Counted from the stretch's first letter, positions 34,348 through 47,268 are shown. The stretch is DNA of 64,000 bases from an uncultured Methanosarcinaceae archaeon (GCA_963833425.1 CAWHXP010000008.1:276578-340577); one strand, 5' to 3'. The notes: generated by a model not told the origin, from the sequence alone. A program made the numbers and translations.

Positions 34348-35579
34348 CAAATTACTCCTTTCAGTGGATATCCTTTGAAGAAGTGATCATTAGCTGGGAA
34401 TGCTATGAGATCTATCTGGAGTTGATCGTATTTTATATTAATATATGTGTCATTGCATTGGATTTTTGATATTTAAAGGTATAGTAGGGAAACTTTTTTA
34501 TGATGAGCATCATTTTTTTAACACCTGCAATAATAATAAATAGTATTTCGGTAAATTCTTAGCAATTGATTATTGGGAATTTTAAATCTTTTAACTATAA
34601 TCTTAAGTCATTAAAATTCTCGCTTATTTTATTTTTAAGAGATAATGTAAACTTTTTTCATAATTTTGAGACAAACTTGATGAAGTTGATTCTTTAATTG
34701 ATTAAAAATCTGTTCATATAATTTTTGAGTCCTTCTGTTTTAATAAAACAGTTTTCAGAGACAGACTGGAACCTGTCTCTATCATCATGCTAAAAATACT
34801 TGTTTCAAGAGTGGAATGATTTTTAAGGCTTTTAACTTGAGAAACAATATTGTTCGAATTCTTTATGAAAATTTGTTGGTTTTCCTGAGTACAGATCAGA
34901 AAGTAACATGTCTGGTCTTTCAAAAAAAATTATTGATAACGACAAAGAAGAAAAAGAATATAGGGACAGTTGCAAAGCCAACTTATTTTCTTAGTTTGAA
35001 AATAAATAAAATTGATTACTGATGCTACTTTTATTCATCCAGATCCTGGCTATGCAAAAGCAGATAAACCCGAGAAAATGAAAAGCCAAAACAAGGAGAA
35101 GCAAATACTGGACCCAGAAAAAGGGGGTCAAATATAAAATTAGCGAGAAAAAACTGGACAGGTTTCAAGCGGTGAAAAAATTGGAGGTAAATCAGAATTC
35201 TCTTTAGCATGAAATTTTTGTTCCATTTTAACATCTTTGAGATCCAGTTTTACATACAGTACTAAATATTTAGCCATAATCATTATAATCTGTGAAGTGT
35301 GATACCAAAAATTTGATTCAAACTTGAAAAAATACGGACCAAAAAAACGAAGAATTTGATTTCAAATAGAATCATATAATTTGGTTAAAAATTTGTTGAA
35401 AAAATATTACTTTCTCATTCCTCTAAAATATGAAATTTTCCTTCCAAAATGAAAATGAATTTGTCAAATTATCGATGTTAAATAGAACTGGAAAATGAAA
35501 ATAGAAATTAGGAAAATTGAACTGAAAAACAAGTCCTAATGGCAAAATAATATAAAGGTTGTAAGGTTAACTTTACGAG

Positions 35580-37067
35580 TTATCCTTTCAAACACTTCAA
35601 AAGAAATTCACGTACAGTTTTCGCATCTGCAGTGCCTTTTGTTTTTTTCATAACCTGCCCTACTAGAAAATTCAGGGACTTTTCTGCACCACCCAGGTAG
35701 TCCTGTACTGCGTCAGTGTTTTCAGCGATAGTTTCGGCAACAACCTTACTAACGAGATCATCTTCAGCTTTGAATAGGTTTTTTTCTTCTATAATCTGGG
35801 ATGGAGATTTCTCTTCTTTGCCATCCAGGATGCTACGAATGACCTCAACCGCAGATCTGTCACTGATTTTGCCTTCGGCAAAAAGGGGAACCAGTTCTAC
35901 CATATCGGAGACCTTAAAGGAATTATCTATTCCCGTGCTTTTTGTATTGATGAAGAAAATTTTCTTTCCATCGTAAGAGGAAATTACAAGGTCACGGTAA
36001 TTTAACTCACCGAGTAAAACATCGGCAGTCCAAGTAGCTGCAATTTTCGGATCCACACCTTTTGCACAGATGCTTTCATAGAAGTCGGCGAGCATTATCT
36101 TTGATGTGAGGGCTCTGGCATGCATATCAGTGATAAAGTACTCTTCCATGAAACGAGCACGTTTTGCGTCTGGAAGTTCAGGAAGCGTTTCCCTGACTGA
36201 AGGAATCCACCCAGTCACACGCGTGGGCATAAGATCAGGCTCGAGGAAGTAGCGGTAGTCCTCTGCTTCTTCTTTTGTCCTCAAGGAAATTGTCACGCCT
36301 CGCTCCTCATCATAGTGGCGAGTCTCCTGAATGATTTTTCCTCCGTGGCGGATTACGTTCTTCTGACGCATAATCTCATATAGAAGGGCTCTTTCAACCC
36401 CTTTATGGGAAGAAATATTTTTGATTTCAACGCGGGTGCCCCAGTAAACAGAAACGTTTGCATCCACACGCATTGCCCCTTCCAGATTTCCATCAAAAAT
36501 ATCCAAATATTCAAGGATGTTCCTGAACTTGTCAAGGAACCGTCTGGCTTCCTTGGGGGTTCGCATGTCGGGCTCTGTGACGATTTCAATCAAGGACATT
36601 CCTGACCTATTGTAGTTTATGAGAACTCCTTTGGACTTTTCAATGCTTCCCAAGTGAACAAGCTTGCCAGGGTCTTCTTCCATATGAGCTCTGATGATCC
36701 CAATTACTTGCTCCCCATCTTCTCCTTCGATCACTACTTTTCCCTTGCTTACTATTGGGAAGTCGTACTGTGTGACCTGAAAACCTTTTGGAAGGTCTGG
36801 GTAGAAATAATTCTTTCTGTGAAACTGAGTCTCTTCAGCAATTTCTCCTTCAAGAGCGAGCCCTACCTTAATTGCGGCTTCGACAGCTTTTTTGTTCAGA
36901 ACAGGAAGCGTCCCTGGCAAGCCCAGGCAAATAGGACAAGTATGAGCGTTAGGAGCTGCATTGTGATAATCAGAAGAACAACCACAGAACATTTTGGTCT
37001 TAAGCTTGTTTAGCTGGACATGAATTTCGAGACCAATTCGGACACCTTCAGCGTTTTCATAGACCAT
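35580..37067 (-). CDS. gatB: Asp/Glu-tRNA amidotransferase subunit B
   Basis: IGLEIHVQL, RKNYFYPDLPKGFQ, HMEEDPGK, EIVTEPD, FLVGQVMK. Confidence 0.98.
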   Translation of the reverse strand: MVYENAEGVRIGLEIHVQLNKLKTKMFCGCSSDYHNAAPNAHTCPICLGLPGTLPVLNKKAVEAAIKVGLALEGEIAEETQFHRKNYFYPDLPKGFQVTQYDFPIVSKGKVVIEGEDGEQVIGIIRAHMEEDPGKLVHLGSIEKSKGVLINYNRSGMSLIEIVTEPDMRTPKEARRFLDKFRNILEYLDIFDGNLEGAMRVDANVSVYWGTRVEIKNISSHKGVERALLYEIMRQKNVIRHGGKIIQETRHYDEERGVTISLRTKEEAEDYRYFLEPDLMPTRVTGWIPSVRETLPELPDAKRARFMEEYFITDMHARALTSKIMLADFYESICAKGVDPKIAATWTADVLLGELNYRDLVISSYDGKKIFFINTKSTGIDNSFKVSDMVELVPLFAEGKISDRSAVEVIRSILDGKEEKSPSQIIEEKNLFKAEDDLVSKVVAETIAENTDAVQDYLGGAEKSLNFLVGQVMKKTKGTADAKTVREFLLKCLKG

Positions 37068-38495
37068 TTATGCCACCTCAAAGGGTCTCTTTGTGTGGTA
37101 ATCAGTACTCTGCTCAAACGTGTACGCAGCTCTTAGGACAGTAAGCTCTTCAAAGGGCTTCCCTATTATCTGAAGCCCAATTGGAAGACCATTAGTGAAA
37201 CCGCAAGATATGGAAATGGATGGTACGCCTGCAAGATTTATTGGGCAGGTATTCACATCTGAGAGATAGAGAGTTAGAGGATCTTCAATTTTCTCCCCGA
37301 TCTTAAAAGCAGGATTCGGCATAGTCGGAGCCATTAAAAGGTCAATTTTCGCAAGAGCTTTATCAAAATCCTGTTTTACAAGGGTTCTTACCTTTAAAGC
37401 TTTTAAATAATATTTATTGTGATAGCCCGCAGAAAGAGCATAAGTTCCTAGAAGAATTCTTCTCTTCACCTCTGCACCAAAGCCCTCAGCTCTTGTCTTT
37501 GAAACCATAGCATTCCAGTTTTCGCCGCTCTTTCTAAATCCGTAGCGTGTTCCATCAAAACGTGCTAGGTTCGAGGAAGCCTCACTCATGGCAATAATAT
37601 AGTACGAAGCAAGAGCATACTGTATATTCGGCATTGAAACCTCTTCCCAGGTCGCTCCAAGACTCTCATATTTGTGTATAGAATTCCATACCGACCTTTC
37701 AACATCTGGGTGAATACCTTCTCCAAAAAACTCTTTTGGAATCCCTATCTTCAGTCCTTTAACATCATTTACCAAGGCTTTCTGATATGCTATTTTACTG
37801 TCAATTGAGGTGGAATCTCTGCGATCATAGCCTGCAATAACATCCATAAGAATTGCGATATCTGTCACGTTGTTCGCAAGAGGACCTACCTGTTCGAGGG
37901 AATTTGCATAAGCAATCACTCCGTACCTGGAAACTACCCCATACGTTGGTTTGAGGCCAACAACGCCGCAGAAAGCTGCCGGGCAACGCACAGATCCACC
38001 AGTATCCGAACCAAGCGCAAAAGGTGCTTCTCCTGCTGCAACAACAGCTGCACTGCCTCCAGAAGACCCTCCAGGTACCCTCTCAAGGTCCCAAGGATTT
38101 GCAGTCGGCCCGAAATAGCTGGTTTCCGTAGAGGAACCCATTGCAAATTCATCCATATTTGTTTTTCCAAGGATTATTGCGCCTGCAAGAAGAAGCTTTT
38201 CTACAACATGAGCGCTGAATGGTGGGATATAGCCCTCAAGAATTCTCGAACCACAGCTATTTGGTAGCCCTTTTACGGAAATATTATCCTTTATCGCAAT
38301 TGGCACACCAGCAAGAAAACCATCTTGTCCTTCATTATCTATTTTTTTTGCCTGCTCAATTGCTTTTTCAGAAACTGTTATGTAGCCATTAATTTTGCTC
38401 TTTTTTATAACTTCCAGGTAACTGGATACGACTTCTTCGGCTGAGCTTTCTTCGATTTGTTCTTTAACTTGTGCAACACTCATCCATTTTGCCAT
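37068..38495 (-). CDS. gatA: Asp/Glu-tRNA amidotransferase subunit A
   Basis: [43 protein letters not shown]. Confidence 0.98.
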   Translation of the reverse strand: MAKWMSVAQVKEQIEESSAEEVVSSYLEVIKKSKINGYITVSEKAIEQAKKIDNEGQDGFLAGVPIAIKDNISVKGLPNSCGSRILEGYIPPFSAHVVEKLLLAGAIILGKTNMDEFAMGSSTETSYFGPTANPWDLERVPGGSSGGSAAVVAAGEAPFALGSDTGGSVRCPAAFCGVVGLKPTYGVVSRYGVIAYANSLEQVGPLANNVTDIAILMDVIAGYDRRDSTSIDSKIAYQKALVNDVKGLKIGIPKEFFGEGIHPDVERSVWNSIHKYESLGATWEEVSMPNIQYALASYYIIAMSEASSNLARFDGTRYGFRKSGENWNAMVSKTRAEGFGAEVKRRILLGTYALSAGYHNKYYLKALKVRTLVKQDFDKALAKIDLLMAPTMPNPAFKIGEKIEDPLTLYLSDVNTCPINLAGVPSISISCGFTNGLPIGLQIIGKPFEELTVLRAAYTFEQSTDYHTKRPFEVA

Positions 38496-38507
38496 CAAAA
38501 CCTCTCC

Positions 38508-38789
38508 TCAGCCAATTTTCGGAACCCTGAAAGCCCCATCCTGTTCATATTCGGTATTTACAAGAGCAATTTCCTGTGGGAGGCATTCCTCTATCACATC
38601 CTCTCTGAACACATTATAAATCTCAGCTACATGATAAGTGGGGATTATATATTCGGTTGGCAATTCATCAAGCTGTCCGAAGTATTCCAATACTGCGTTA
38701 AGTTTTTCCATGAATTCGACCTTTTCCTGCTCGTCGATGTCAATACGAGCAAGCCAACCAATATGTTCTACATCTTCTTTTGCGATCAT
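38508..38789 (-). CDS. gatC: Asp/Glu-tRNA amidotransferase subunit C
   Basis: MIAKEDVEHIGWLARI...NVFRED...FRVPKI; GAGGA SD before 38789; first gene of gatCAB. Confidence 0.95.
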   Translation of the reverse strand: MIAKEDVEHIGWLARIDIDEQEKVEFMEKLNAVLEYFGQLDELPTEYIIPTYHVAEIYNVFREDVIEECLPQEIALVNTEYEQDGAFRVPKIG

Positions 38790-39269
38790 AAAATTCCTCA
38801 AAAATAGAGTGATCTTGAATAGACTGTCGTTGGTACTGCATAATAGAAACAGGTTAATGAATAAATATATATTCATCTCCCAAATCAAGCTACCCAAGTT
38901 TCGATTCAGAAATCTTGGTACTTTTACCCATTAGCTTTTTCAAAAGGCCTACTATTGACACTGTGATCAAATTTCTGGCAGGCCAACTAAAATAGTGGTA
39001 AATGCCATTTTTCTCTTTTCTCCCTTTGAGGAGAACTACTTTGTTATTTGAAATTCCAAGTCTTCTTTCTCAACTGAATTTCGATTCTGTATCAAGATTT
39101 TCTTTCACTCGCTAATAGAACTCTTTTATTTACTTGAGGTGTTATGCCTTCAATCCCCTGTTGAAATTGTACATATGGGCCTCAGTCATTTTTGCCAGAT
39201 AGAATACTTTTTCAAATTAGTCATCTGTAAAATGCTGAGCTTCGATTTACCATTGTCTACAGTTTTATT

Positions 39270-39790
39270 GAATATTTAGTACATCAGACTAATCTGGGAA
39301 GAGGGGACAAGCCTCTTGAGATGTCAACTGCATCAAATGATACCCGATTTAAAGCTATCAGATAAGTGCAAAAATTGTTAGAAGAACCCCGTGTCGTCAA
39401 AATCATTAATCCTGAAGAAATGTTCTTTTCCATCTATAAGAATAGCTTCGAACCTTCTTTTCTAGATTTTGATGCTATCTTAATTTCCGAATTTAATCCT
39501 ATAGCTTTCATAATGCTCTAATTCCCTCATTGTTGAATTATTCTATGCTAAGGAGTCCAAACTTAAAGATTTCCATAACATCAGAGATACAAAAAACGTT
39601 ATGCGCCTTTTGCACTTTGATGGAGTATCATGGTTGCAGCTTATCCCAAAAAAACTATAATGTTCATTCCCTGTTTCATAGAGCGCATAGAGATACTTTG
39701 AGTACCCGATGAAGCAAAGTACAACTATCCAAAAGTTCTTAATATTTTATTCCATGATGAAAGCTTTCTGCAGATCTCTTGACTCTACAA
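39270..39790 (+). pseudogene. Possible decayed hypothetical gene
   Basis: Protein-like stretches in shifting frames (KLLEEPRVVKIINPEEMFFS; ELFYAKESKLKDFHNIRDTKNVMRLLHFDGVSW); family not recognised. Confidence 0.3.
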
Positions 39791-40100
39791 CCAACTACAT
39801 AGGATCTAAAATATCAAAAACGAAAATTGTTCAGGTTATACTTTTTAAATTTATATAAGATTCAATTATATCAAAATAGTCTTTCTTCATTAGGATAACA
39901 AATGATGACATTTTTAAGATGATAGAGCTCAAAACTAAGTTCAAGACATTTCTTTTGATCCCATAATATCCCATAAAGGATTTCGAGAAACCTCTGATTT
40001 TTCTTGAATCACTTATATACCAATCATGAGCATATGACGAAGTTTAGGAACTTATCGAAAGCTTTTATATTCCTAGTTTCTTTATAGATTATTTTCTGTG

Positions 40101-41000
40101 TTAGGTTTCTAAAAGGTTGTTCTGAGATTCTAGAAATTGTTGCTTTAGTGATTTAAAAAGTAACGGCAACTCCTCCTTTAGTTGTATGAGGAATTCTTCA
40201 TCTGATTTTACATTATAAAGCGCTCTCACTTTAGATAGCTGGTCAATTGATAAATTGAGAGTCCCCGTAAGATTAGCTCCTTCAAGGTTAGTTCCTTCAA
40301 GTTTAGCCCCGAACAAGTTGGTTCCTTGAAGATTGGCTTCTTTGAGGTTAGCTCCGGTAAGGCGCGATTCTACAAGATTTGCTCCGTAAAGATTAGCTTT
40401 TATAAAATCAGTTCCTTCAAGGTTAGTTTTTCTTAAATTAGCTCCTTGAAGTTTAGTTTCTCTAAAATGAGCTTTTTTAAGATTAGAACCCTTTAGATCA
40501 GCTCTTTTAAGATCAGCTAAGTGAAAATCAGCTTCTATCAAAGATGTATATCTAAAATTAGCTCCTCTAAGGTTAGCTTCTTCAAGATCAGCTCCATCAA
40601 GGGCAGCTCCTTCAAAGCTAGATCCTTCAAGATCTGCCATAAAAAGATTAGCTCTTTCAAGGGTAGCTCCTTCAAGTTTCGCTCCTTTAAGGTTCGCTCC
40701 TTGGAGATTAGCCCCTCTAAGGTTAGTCATATTCAGATTAGCTCCTCTAAGGTTAGCCATAAAAAGGTTCACACCTTGTAGATTAGCTCTTTTAAGATTA
40801 GCTTTTTCTAGTTTAGTCCCCACAAGGTTAGCCCCTTCAAGTATAGCCCCATCAAGATTAGCTCCTTCAAGGTTAGTTTCTCTAAGATTAGCCCCCCTAA
40901 GATCAATTTTTTCAAGGTTGGCCCTTTCAAGGTTAGTCCTTTCAAGGTTAATTCCTTTAAGATTAGCCCTCGAAAAGATAATTTCCCCAAGATCAATCAC
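40101..41000 (-). CDS. Pentapeptide repeat protein
   Basis: Long run of A(N/D)LxG-type pentapeptides ending NLSIDQLSKVRALY; GAGG SD before the GTG start. Confidence 0.93.
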   Translation of the reverse strand: MIDLGEIIFSRANLKGINLERTNLERANLEKIDLRGANLRETNLEGANLDGAILEGANLVGTKLEKANLKRANLQGVNLFMANLRGANLNMTNLRGANLQGANLKGAKLEGATLERANLFMADLEGSSFEGAALDGADLEEANLRGANFRYTSLIEADFHLADLKRADLKGSNLKKAHFRETKLQGANLRKTNLEGTDFIKANLYGANLVESRLTGANLKEANLQGTNLFGAKLEGTNLEGANLTGTLNLSIDQLSKVRALYNVKSDEEFLIQLKEELPLLFKSLKQQFLESQNNLLET

Positions 41001-41194
41001 ACAATAACCTCTTCCTTTATCACGAAATATTTACTTCATTTATTTTTTTATCAATTATAAATGTTTGTAATTCAAGAAAACAATGAGTTTATAACAATAT
41101 AAATGGTTACGAAATAGAATTAAGAAATGTATGTGTGGTCATCTCGGTATTTCTGATGATTTTGTCCCAGCATTTCTCCATTTTTGATAGAATA

Positions 41195-41540
41195 TAACTT
41201 TCAGGGGTGACTGTGACTCCTATAGGGGCTGATCGGCGTTAATAGTGGCTATAAAATTGTTTATTGCTATGTCAATTACGGATACATCGTTGTTGACGTT
41301 GTTAGCCACACATACTCTGTTCCCGCTGGGTTAACTGCGACTCCATAAGGATTGGGGCCTACAAGCACATTGACTGCTAACCATGTTTATTGCAGTATCA
41401 ATTACAGAAACATTGTTGTTGCCCAAGCTTGTTATATATGCAACTGGCTCTGCTCCTGCGGAACTCACCAGCCCTAAAATCGTGCTACTGAAACTAATCT
41501 ATAGAATACTACTTTTTTTATTTATCGTGTATTTTCCCCA
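41195..41540 (-). pseudogene. YVTN beta-propeller surface protein remnant
   Basis: LVSSAGAEPVAYITSLGNNNVSVIDTA, VGPNPYGVAVNP, VANNVNNDVSVID in broken frames. Confidence 0.85.
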
Positions 41541-42762
41541 TTTTACTTAGATATTCTTTATCGGGGAAAAAATTAGAAGATGTTTTATTCTGTATAGAAT
41601 ATTTATCAATCTGCTTTTTAGTATTGTAGCATTGCTAGCTTTTGATATCATACCAACTAGTATTTGTTATAACAACAAAATTTTTTATCTTCCCACTCAT
41701 CCAGTTATTTTTGATTCAAAATTTCTATAGGGTATATATGTATAGAAATTTTCGATAAACTCAAATCCTTATTGATTGTGATGGCTAAAATGTGCAATTA
41801 TTCATTAATCATTTTAAATTAGTTATACAAAAATAGTTTCTGAACAAAACTAACTTCCTCATTAAATAGTTTAAAATCTTAAAATAATTTTATATTAATT
41901 ATGGTATATTAGCTCAGAAGATTTTCACAAATTTAACATTGAGCTTTTTCCTAAAAAGCAACCCAGACTAATATTATATAATATTCTTTATCCACTAGTG
42001 CTCAATTAGCTGACCGGTATATTAAGTATTAAGTTTCGAATTAAAATTATTGCAGGTTTATGTATCTAGTAGGTCTGCTATAACCACCTAATTGCAGAAA
42101 AGAAAAAAAGATGAGATGACCTCTGCTCATTTATCGAAATACCAGAGAATCAATAAGAAAATTCATCTCATTGTCTAAATACTAGATTTTTTGGAAAGTC
42201 ATAAATCAATTGAAATACAGATCGAAATCTAGAGAATTTCGATGAATTATGATTTCCCACCAGCTACTTCTATACCATCCATATGCATATGACAAATTCT
42301 AGAGATTTATCGAAATCCCCAAAGAATAATGAAGAATAAAAGAAAAAAGAAGTTAAATACAGAAATTAGCTGGGAAGACTTGGGCATGATTTTCCAACAG
42401 AGAAGTGTCAGAGATAAATCTGAATATTCTGAAATATACATATAAGAAACTGGATAACATAAAATGGTATTATTAATAGTACTGAAACAGTAATCAAAAA
42501 AGGCGATCAGGGTATGGAGTAGATTTTGCTGAAAAGTATGAATGCTACCCTTTTTATAATTCTCGGGTTTTTTACTGATTACAGCCAATAGCTACAGAAT
42601 TAATGGAAAAGTTTGGCGACTATCTAAAATATTTTACTCGCTTTGTCCAGCTTACTCTAGCTCAGTTAGAAAAACCTCAAGTAAGTCTGAATTTCTTTAA
42701 ATATTACAAGATAATCCAACTCTAAATTCATTTACGTCCATATCCTAAGGAAGGAATTAAAA

Positions 42763-44196
42763 ATGGCTATGAAACCAAGAATCACAGAATCTCCACGTGT
42801 TCGTTTGATTGACCTTAAATCAAAACCTTTCTTTATAGTAGCTTCCGTAGAAGTAGGAAACACTACAACGAAATCCATTCTTACAGCTACCAATATGGAT
42901 ACTTGCAGGACCTACATAATAAACAAGATAGTTAGGATGACAAGAAATGTCCGTCCTCCAAAACATGGTGAAGTAATATTCGGGAAGACGCTTACAGGTG
43001 TAGAACTTACTCGTGAATCAGTCGCAGATCTAGTGCGCGCTACACTAACTGAATCGATGGAAGAAGCTAACCTAGATATAAAAACCGATCTAAATTTTGT
43101 TGTCCGTTCCACTGGTATAGTTGCTGGTTTCGATTCCCCCGATGAAGTTGGTGAATTCATCAAAGGTCTGGCAGATGGTTGTCTTATGGCAGGAGTCCCA
43201 CCAAAAAATATGACACCTCCGATGTCGATTTCAAATATTACTCCAAAGCTTCAGAAATACAGCAAATTGGATAAAGTAATCTTTGATGGTGCTGTAGCCG
43301 GAGTAATTCCTCCTATAGGCTCTACTGGTGTTGAAATTGTTGCAAATGAAATGGAAGGGGAGCTTGCGACAGCAGGAATTAAGGAAGCAGCCAAACTTAC
43401 AGATGTAGATTTTAGGAATCCCTGTATTTCGATCGATTTCGGTACAACTCTTGACGGCAGAATCACAAGCTTTGAACAGCCGTACGCAAAAACTATTGGA
43501 AACTTCTGCGGTTATGCAGGGGCAATTCCTGATGCTATTATTCGAGGATCGAAAATAGTAGATCCTAAAGTGGGTACTGCTCTCGAAGTTTTTGAGAAAC
43601 AGAAATCACCGTCTATTCTCACCTTGAAAATAAAATCTAAAACTATAAAGGCTTATGCAAAGCGCATCCATGAACTTATTATAATAGAAAAAGTTCCAGT
43701 GGATAGAAAGAGGTATGGAAGCGTGCCTGTAAGGCCAGATGCAGCCGAGAAGATAGATGTGACACTCATAGGCTGCGATGTAGGTGAAAACGGTACAGAT
43801 ATGTATAAGCTTAGTGCTATAGGAACGGAAATATTTAAGATCCACGGACTTCAGGTTGTTTACGCTATTATTGACGAGGTAATGGCAGGGGTGGCGTGCA
43901 GACTAATCGAGATTGCGAGAGAAGAGAACCTTATTTTTAAAGATACAACTATCGGAATTACTGGTAGATCCGGCATTACAGGGAATAAACCCAAACTGAT
44001 TCTACAGTGCCTTAAAAAAATGAACCTTGCTCCTAAAATAGATGAACGGGTAGTTTTTACAGATGATGGGCTTGCAAGAGGTGCAGCTGTGATGGCCCGT
44101 TGTATGAATTCTCTGGGTTCGTCACAAAATCCTCTCGGCGGCAGCCATGGGGGGAAATGCATTCTTACACAAAGGATGAAACTACAGGAAAAATGA
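42763..44196 (+). CDS. Methanogenesis marker protein 14
   Basis: VASVEVGNTTTK, FVVRSTG, VANEMEGEL, DFGTTLDGR, DDGLARGAAVMARCMNSLG. Confidence 0.93.
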   Translation: MAMKPRITESPRVRLIDLKSKPFFIVASVEVGNTTTKSILTATNMDTCRTYIINKIVRMTRNVRPPKHGEVIFGKTLTGVELTRESVADLVRATLTESMEEANLDIKTDLNFVVRSTGIVAGFDSPDEVGEFIKGLADGCLMAGVPPKNMTPPMSISNITPKLQKYSKLDKVIFDGAVAGVIPPIGSTGVEIVANEMEGELATAGIKEAAKLTDVDFRNPCISIDFGTTLDGRITSFEQPYAKTIGNFCGYAGAIPDAIIRGSKIVDPKVGTALEVFEKQKSPSILTLKIKSKTIKAYAKRIHELIIIEKVPVDRKRYGSVPVRPDAAEKIDVTLIGCDVGENGTDMYKLSAIGTEIFKIHGLQVVYAIIDEVMAGVACRLIEIAREENLIFKDTTIGITGRSGITGNKPKLILQCLKKMNLAPKIDERVVFTDDGLARGAAVMARCMNSLGSSQNPLGGSHGGKCILTQRMKLQEK

Positions 44197-44764
44197 TATA
44201 AGAAATAGTGATTCAATAAAATGATTTTCAAAAATAAAGACTTTTAATACCTTGCAGGATCATAAAAATTAGACATTAATTTCAATGGCAATCGGCTGAA
44301 ATCCATTAAAAATTCAGAAATGATAAAAATTCTCACTGTGGATTTTAGCGATCTCAGACGATTTAAAAGCCCGAATTAGACAGAAACGTACATTTCGTAA
44401 TGTATAGAATAGGTTTCATAAACCTGTTTTATTCATACAATTAAAAAATTAAATTTTGTTTTTTTGATTTTTGGCATTTATCGGGGGTGTCAATGAAAAC
44501 AATTTTTGACTGTTATGTATGAAGTGATAAGCAATTTGTTGAAGGTGGTGGTTTATCGAAATTCTCTATCATTTTCAGAAAATTTATAACCGAAGAATTG
44601 TGTTTGTTTTATAAAAAACTACTGTATTAATTAATATGATCAATCAAATTTAGGTTGCAATGTCTCACATGCACTATTTTGAGTCCAAATTTGAAGAAAA
44701 AATAATAAAAATTCCTAAAAAAGTAAATGTAAAACCTGAAGGTTATTAATATGAATGAAAAAAG

Positions 44765-45091
44765 TTAACCTCCTGCTCCGCCACCTCCTGCTTTTCCTAG
44801 CTCGAACCCCTGAAGTGTTTCATTTGTTTTCCGAAACCTTTCTTCCAGTTCATCTACAGTAAATTCCCTTTCTTCTTTCGTTTGACCAGCTTTGATGTCA
44901 GTTTTTTCCAGGGTGTCTTCTTTATACCACAGGTAGGTACTCTCGAGCAGGACCCACACTTCACCATTCTCATCTTTTTTGATATCAGTCACACGACTTA
45001 TGGTATCTGAATTGACGTACTTTACAACATCTCCCATTTCAATTATATTCTTGTTGCACCCTACCGCTTTTATCTCTTCAGCTTCAGCCAT
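44765..45091 (-). CDS. DUF2098-like conserved methanogen protein
   Basis: 108 aa, GDVVKYVNSDT...VWVLLESTYLWYK, Gly-rich C-terminus; GAGGT SD. Confidence 0.75.
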   Translation of the reverse strand: MAEAEEIKAVGCNKNIIEMGDVVKYVNSDTISRVTDIKKDENGEVWVLLESTYLWYKEDTLEKTDIKAGQTKEEREFTVDELEERFRKTNETLQGFELGKAGGGGAGG

Positions 45092-45439
45092 GTTCTAACC
45101 TCAAAGGTTTCCAAGATACTAGTATTCAATCCTGAAAGTCCTTTTTCTTGTCAGTTACTTATAGATTATTCAGCCGTCTAATAAATTTTATGTAGCTTGA
45201 ATTCTTCAAAATTTCTTCACAGTACATATTTCAGAAACTTTCAAGTTTCGCAAAAAAATAGGTCCAATATCAATGTTTTTAAGCCGACATTCCGTAGATG
45301 TACAAAAAATATATAATTTGTTTGTTTATTTGGTCACTGTTATTAAGTGAAAGTTGGATCAATTTCTGAACTACTTTCAATTGAAAAAATAAACAGCACT
45401 CGTGTTACATCTGCGAAATGTTGGTTGTATTGCTGCGTT

Positions 45440-46399
45440 TTAATTTTGACTAATTTCCATCCTGAGGTCTCCCATAAACGCAACCCTTTCGGCAAAAGCA
45501 TTGTGCCTGTGGATGCTTTCTTCATTAGTCTGTTTGATAGTAATTAATGCATTATCAGGTAGATTAGGAAATTCTTTTACGATATTATCTGCCATAGTTC
45601 TTACGCAGTCTTCCACGAATTTTGGATTCTCATGAGCAGTCTCCACAACGACTTTTTCATCTGCGCGTTTCAAGACCTCAAACACACTGGAACTCATGGA
45701 ACGCTCAATAATATTGATAATACTTTCTAAAGAAACATCAAAGTCATGGGCAACCTTGATAGAGATAGAACCCCTGCCACGTTGATTGTGGGTAGCCATG
45801 GGGACCCTTTCCAAAAATTTTATAATTGTTTCCTTATCGACTCCCAATTCTGAAAGCTCATTTGCAGCTTTATCTATCATAATCTCCTGAGCACATGGAC
45901 AGGCTGTCATTCCTACAACTTCGGCACCTATGAGCTTTTTTAAATTAAAGTAGCTATCACCTCCGTGGCCCTTTATAGCAGAAGCTTCAGCAAAGATATT
46001 TACGACTTCTTGGCACTTGATTCCTGTTGATGGAGAAGCACGCCTAATCATATATTCGCTTGTCATACGGACTTCGGCCTGATTGGCATATTCATGCCTA
46101 CCAAGCAAATTATACGCGATATCGCTGCAAAGCTGCTCAATTTCGTATATTGGTGTACTGAGCACCTTTTCAAGCACCTCGTCTACGGCTTCGAAGTTTC
46201 GTGAGAGGTTGGCCCCCTTCCGATCGGATGGGAGATCAACAAAAACGTCAAAAGTTGAAATCAGAACGATAGGACGTTTTTCTTTACGCTTTATCTCTAC
46301 AAGCTTTTTCATATTTGTTACCCCAACACGGGTAAGATTGATAGCTACACTTGGTTTGCTGGCCTGAACGTCCGGGAGGTTGAAAATGCAATTTTCCAT
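45440..46399 (-). CDS. mptA: GTP cyclohydrolase IV (methanopterin biosynthesis)
   Basis: [62 protein letters not shown]. Confidence 0.96.
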   Translation of the reverse strand: MENCIFNLPDVQASKPSVAINLTRVGVTNMKKLVEIKRKEKRPIVLISTFDVFVDLPSDRKGANLSRNFEAVDEVLEKVLSTPIYEIEQLCSDIAYNLLGRHEYANQAEVRMTSEYMIRRASPSTGIKCQEVVNIFAEASAIKGHGGDSYFNLKKLIGAEVVGMTACPCAQEIMIDKAANELSELGVDKETIIKFLERVPMATHNQRGRGSISIKVAHDFDVSLESIINIIERSMSSSVFEVLKRADEKVVVETAHENPKFVEDCVRTMADNIVKEFPNLPDNALITIKQTNEESIHRHNAFAERVAFMGDLRMEISQN

Positions 46400-46983
46400 G
46401 TTGACCAAATCCGCGAAAAAATGAGTTTTTAATTTGTAGAACGAATTCTTGGGAGATACATAATTTCATAATATATACTTGGAAAAATACAGGTTTTCCT
46501 TAGTTAATTGGTTGACATCATTCCAAGGAAATCTGAAGGTCATTCCTAGTTCGTTCTTGTCCAGTGTCCTGGAAAGGCCATAGCTCATTGGCTACGAACA
46601 ATAAAAGTAAAAATGTGATCCATATTCGAGAAATCGGTTATCAAATATCAACCATTTCAAGTGCATTACGAAATTTAATAACCATAACGAGTTTTAACAT
46701 GTAAAGCTTATGCTTTCGATATTTTTTTCCAAAAGTACAGCATAATAAAAATCAAAATATTTTCTGAAATTCACCTTCAAGAACGATTTTAATTAAATAT
46801 ATAATTAGATATAAATATTTAAATATTTCCCATGTAACCAACAATATGGACAAATTTAGTTTACAAACCAGCATATTTAGGGGAAATTTTTCTAAAACAA
46901 TAACTATAGGCAACATCCAAAGAAAGATTTTATATACTTTAAAACTTAATCAATGTCTGAATACAATTTACGAGGTGACATTT

Positions 46984-47268
46984 ATATCAAACACAAGAAA
47001 TTTTGTTTTACGAGATGAAGAAGGCAAAGAGCATGGAGTTTTCACTGGAAAACAGCCCAGACAAGCTGCTTTGAAGGCTGCAAACAGGGGCACTGGGACC
47101 AAATCCAAACCTGCCACTATTCGACTCAGGGAACGCGGGACAAAGAAAGTTCACGTTTTTAAGGCTTGGAAGGAACTTGTCGCAGCCCCAAAAAACAGGC
47201 CTAGCTGGATGCCGGAGAAAATAAGTAAGCCTTTTGTCAAGAAAGAGAAAATAGACAAATTCGAGTAA
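46984..47268 (+). CDS. Non-histone chromosomal protein MC1
   Basis: SNTRNFVLRDEEGKEHGVFTGKQPRQAALKAANRG...RLRERGTKKVHVF...WMPEKISKPFVKK; SD GAGGTGA at 46972; codon before Ser is ATA. Confidence 0.95.
   Translation: MSNTRNFVLRDEEGKEHGVFTGKQPRQAALKAANRGTGTKSKPATIRLRERGTKKVHVFKAWKELVAAPKNRPSWMPEKISKPFVKKEKIDKFE

Noticed and set aside
40101..41000. 15-bp periodic DNA repeat
   Set aside because: Fully explained by the pentapeptide repeat protein.
46846..46983. 46-aa N-terminal extension of MC1 (and the 36-aa extension of gatC) in the ORF track
   Set aside because: AT-rich promoter-like sequence; SD position and family N-termini point to the shorter starts.
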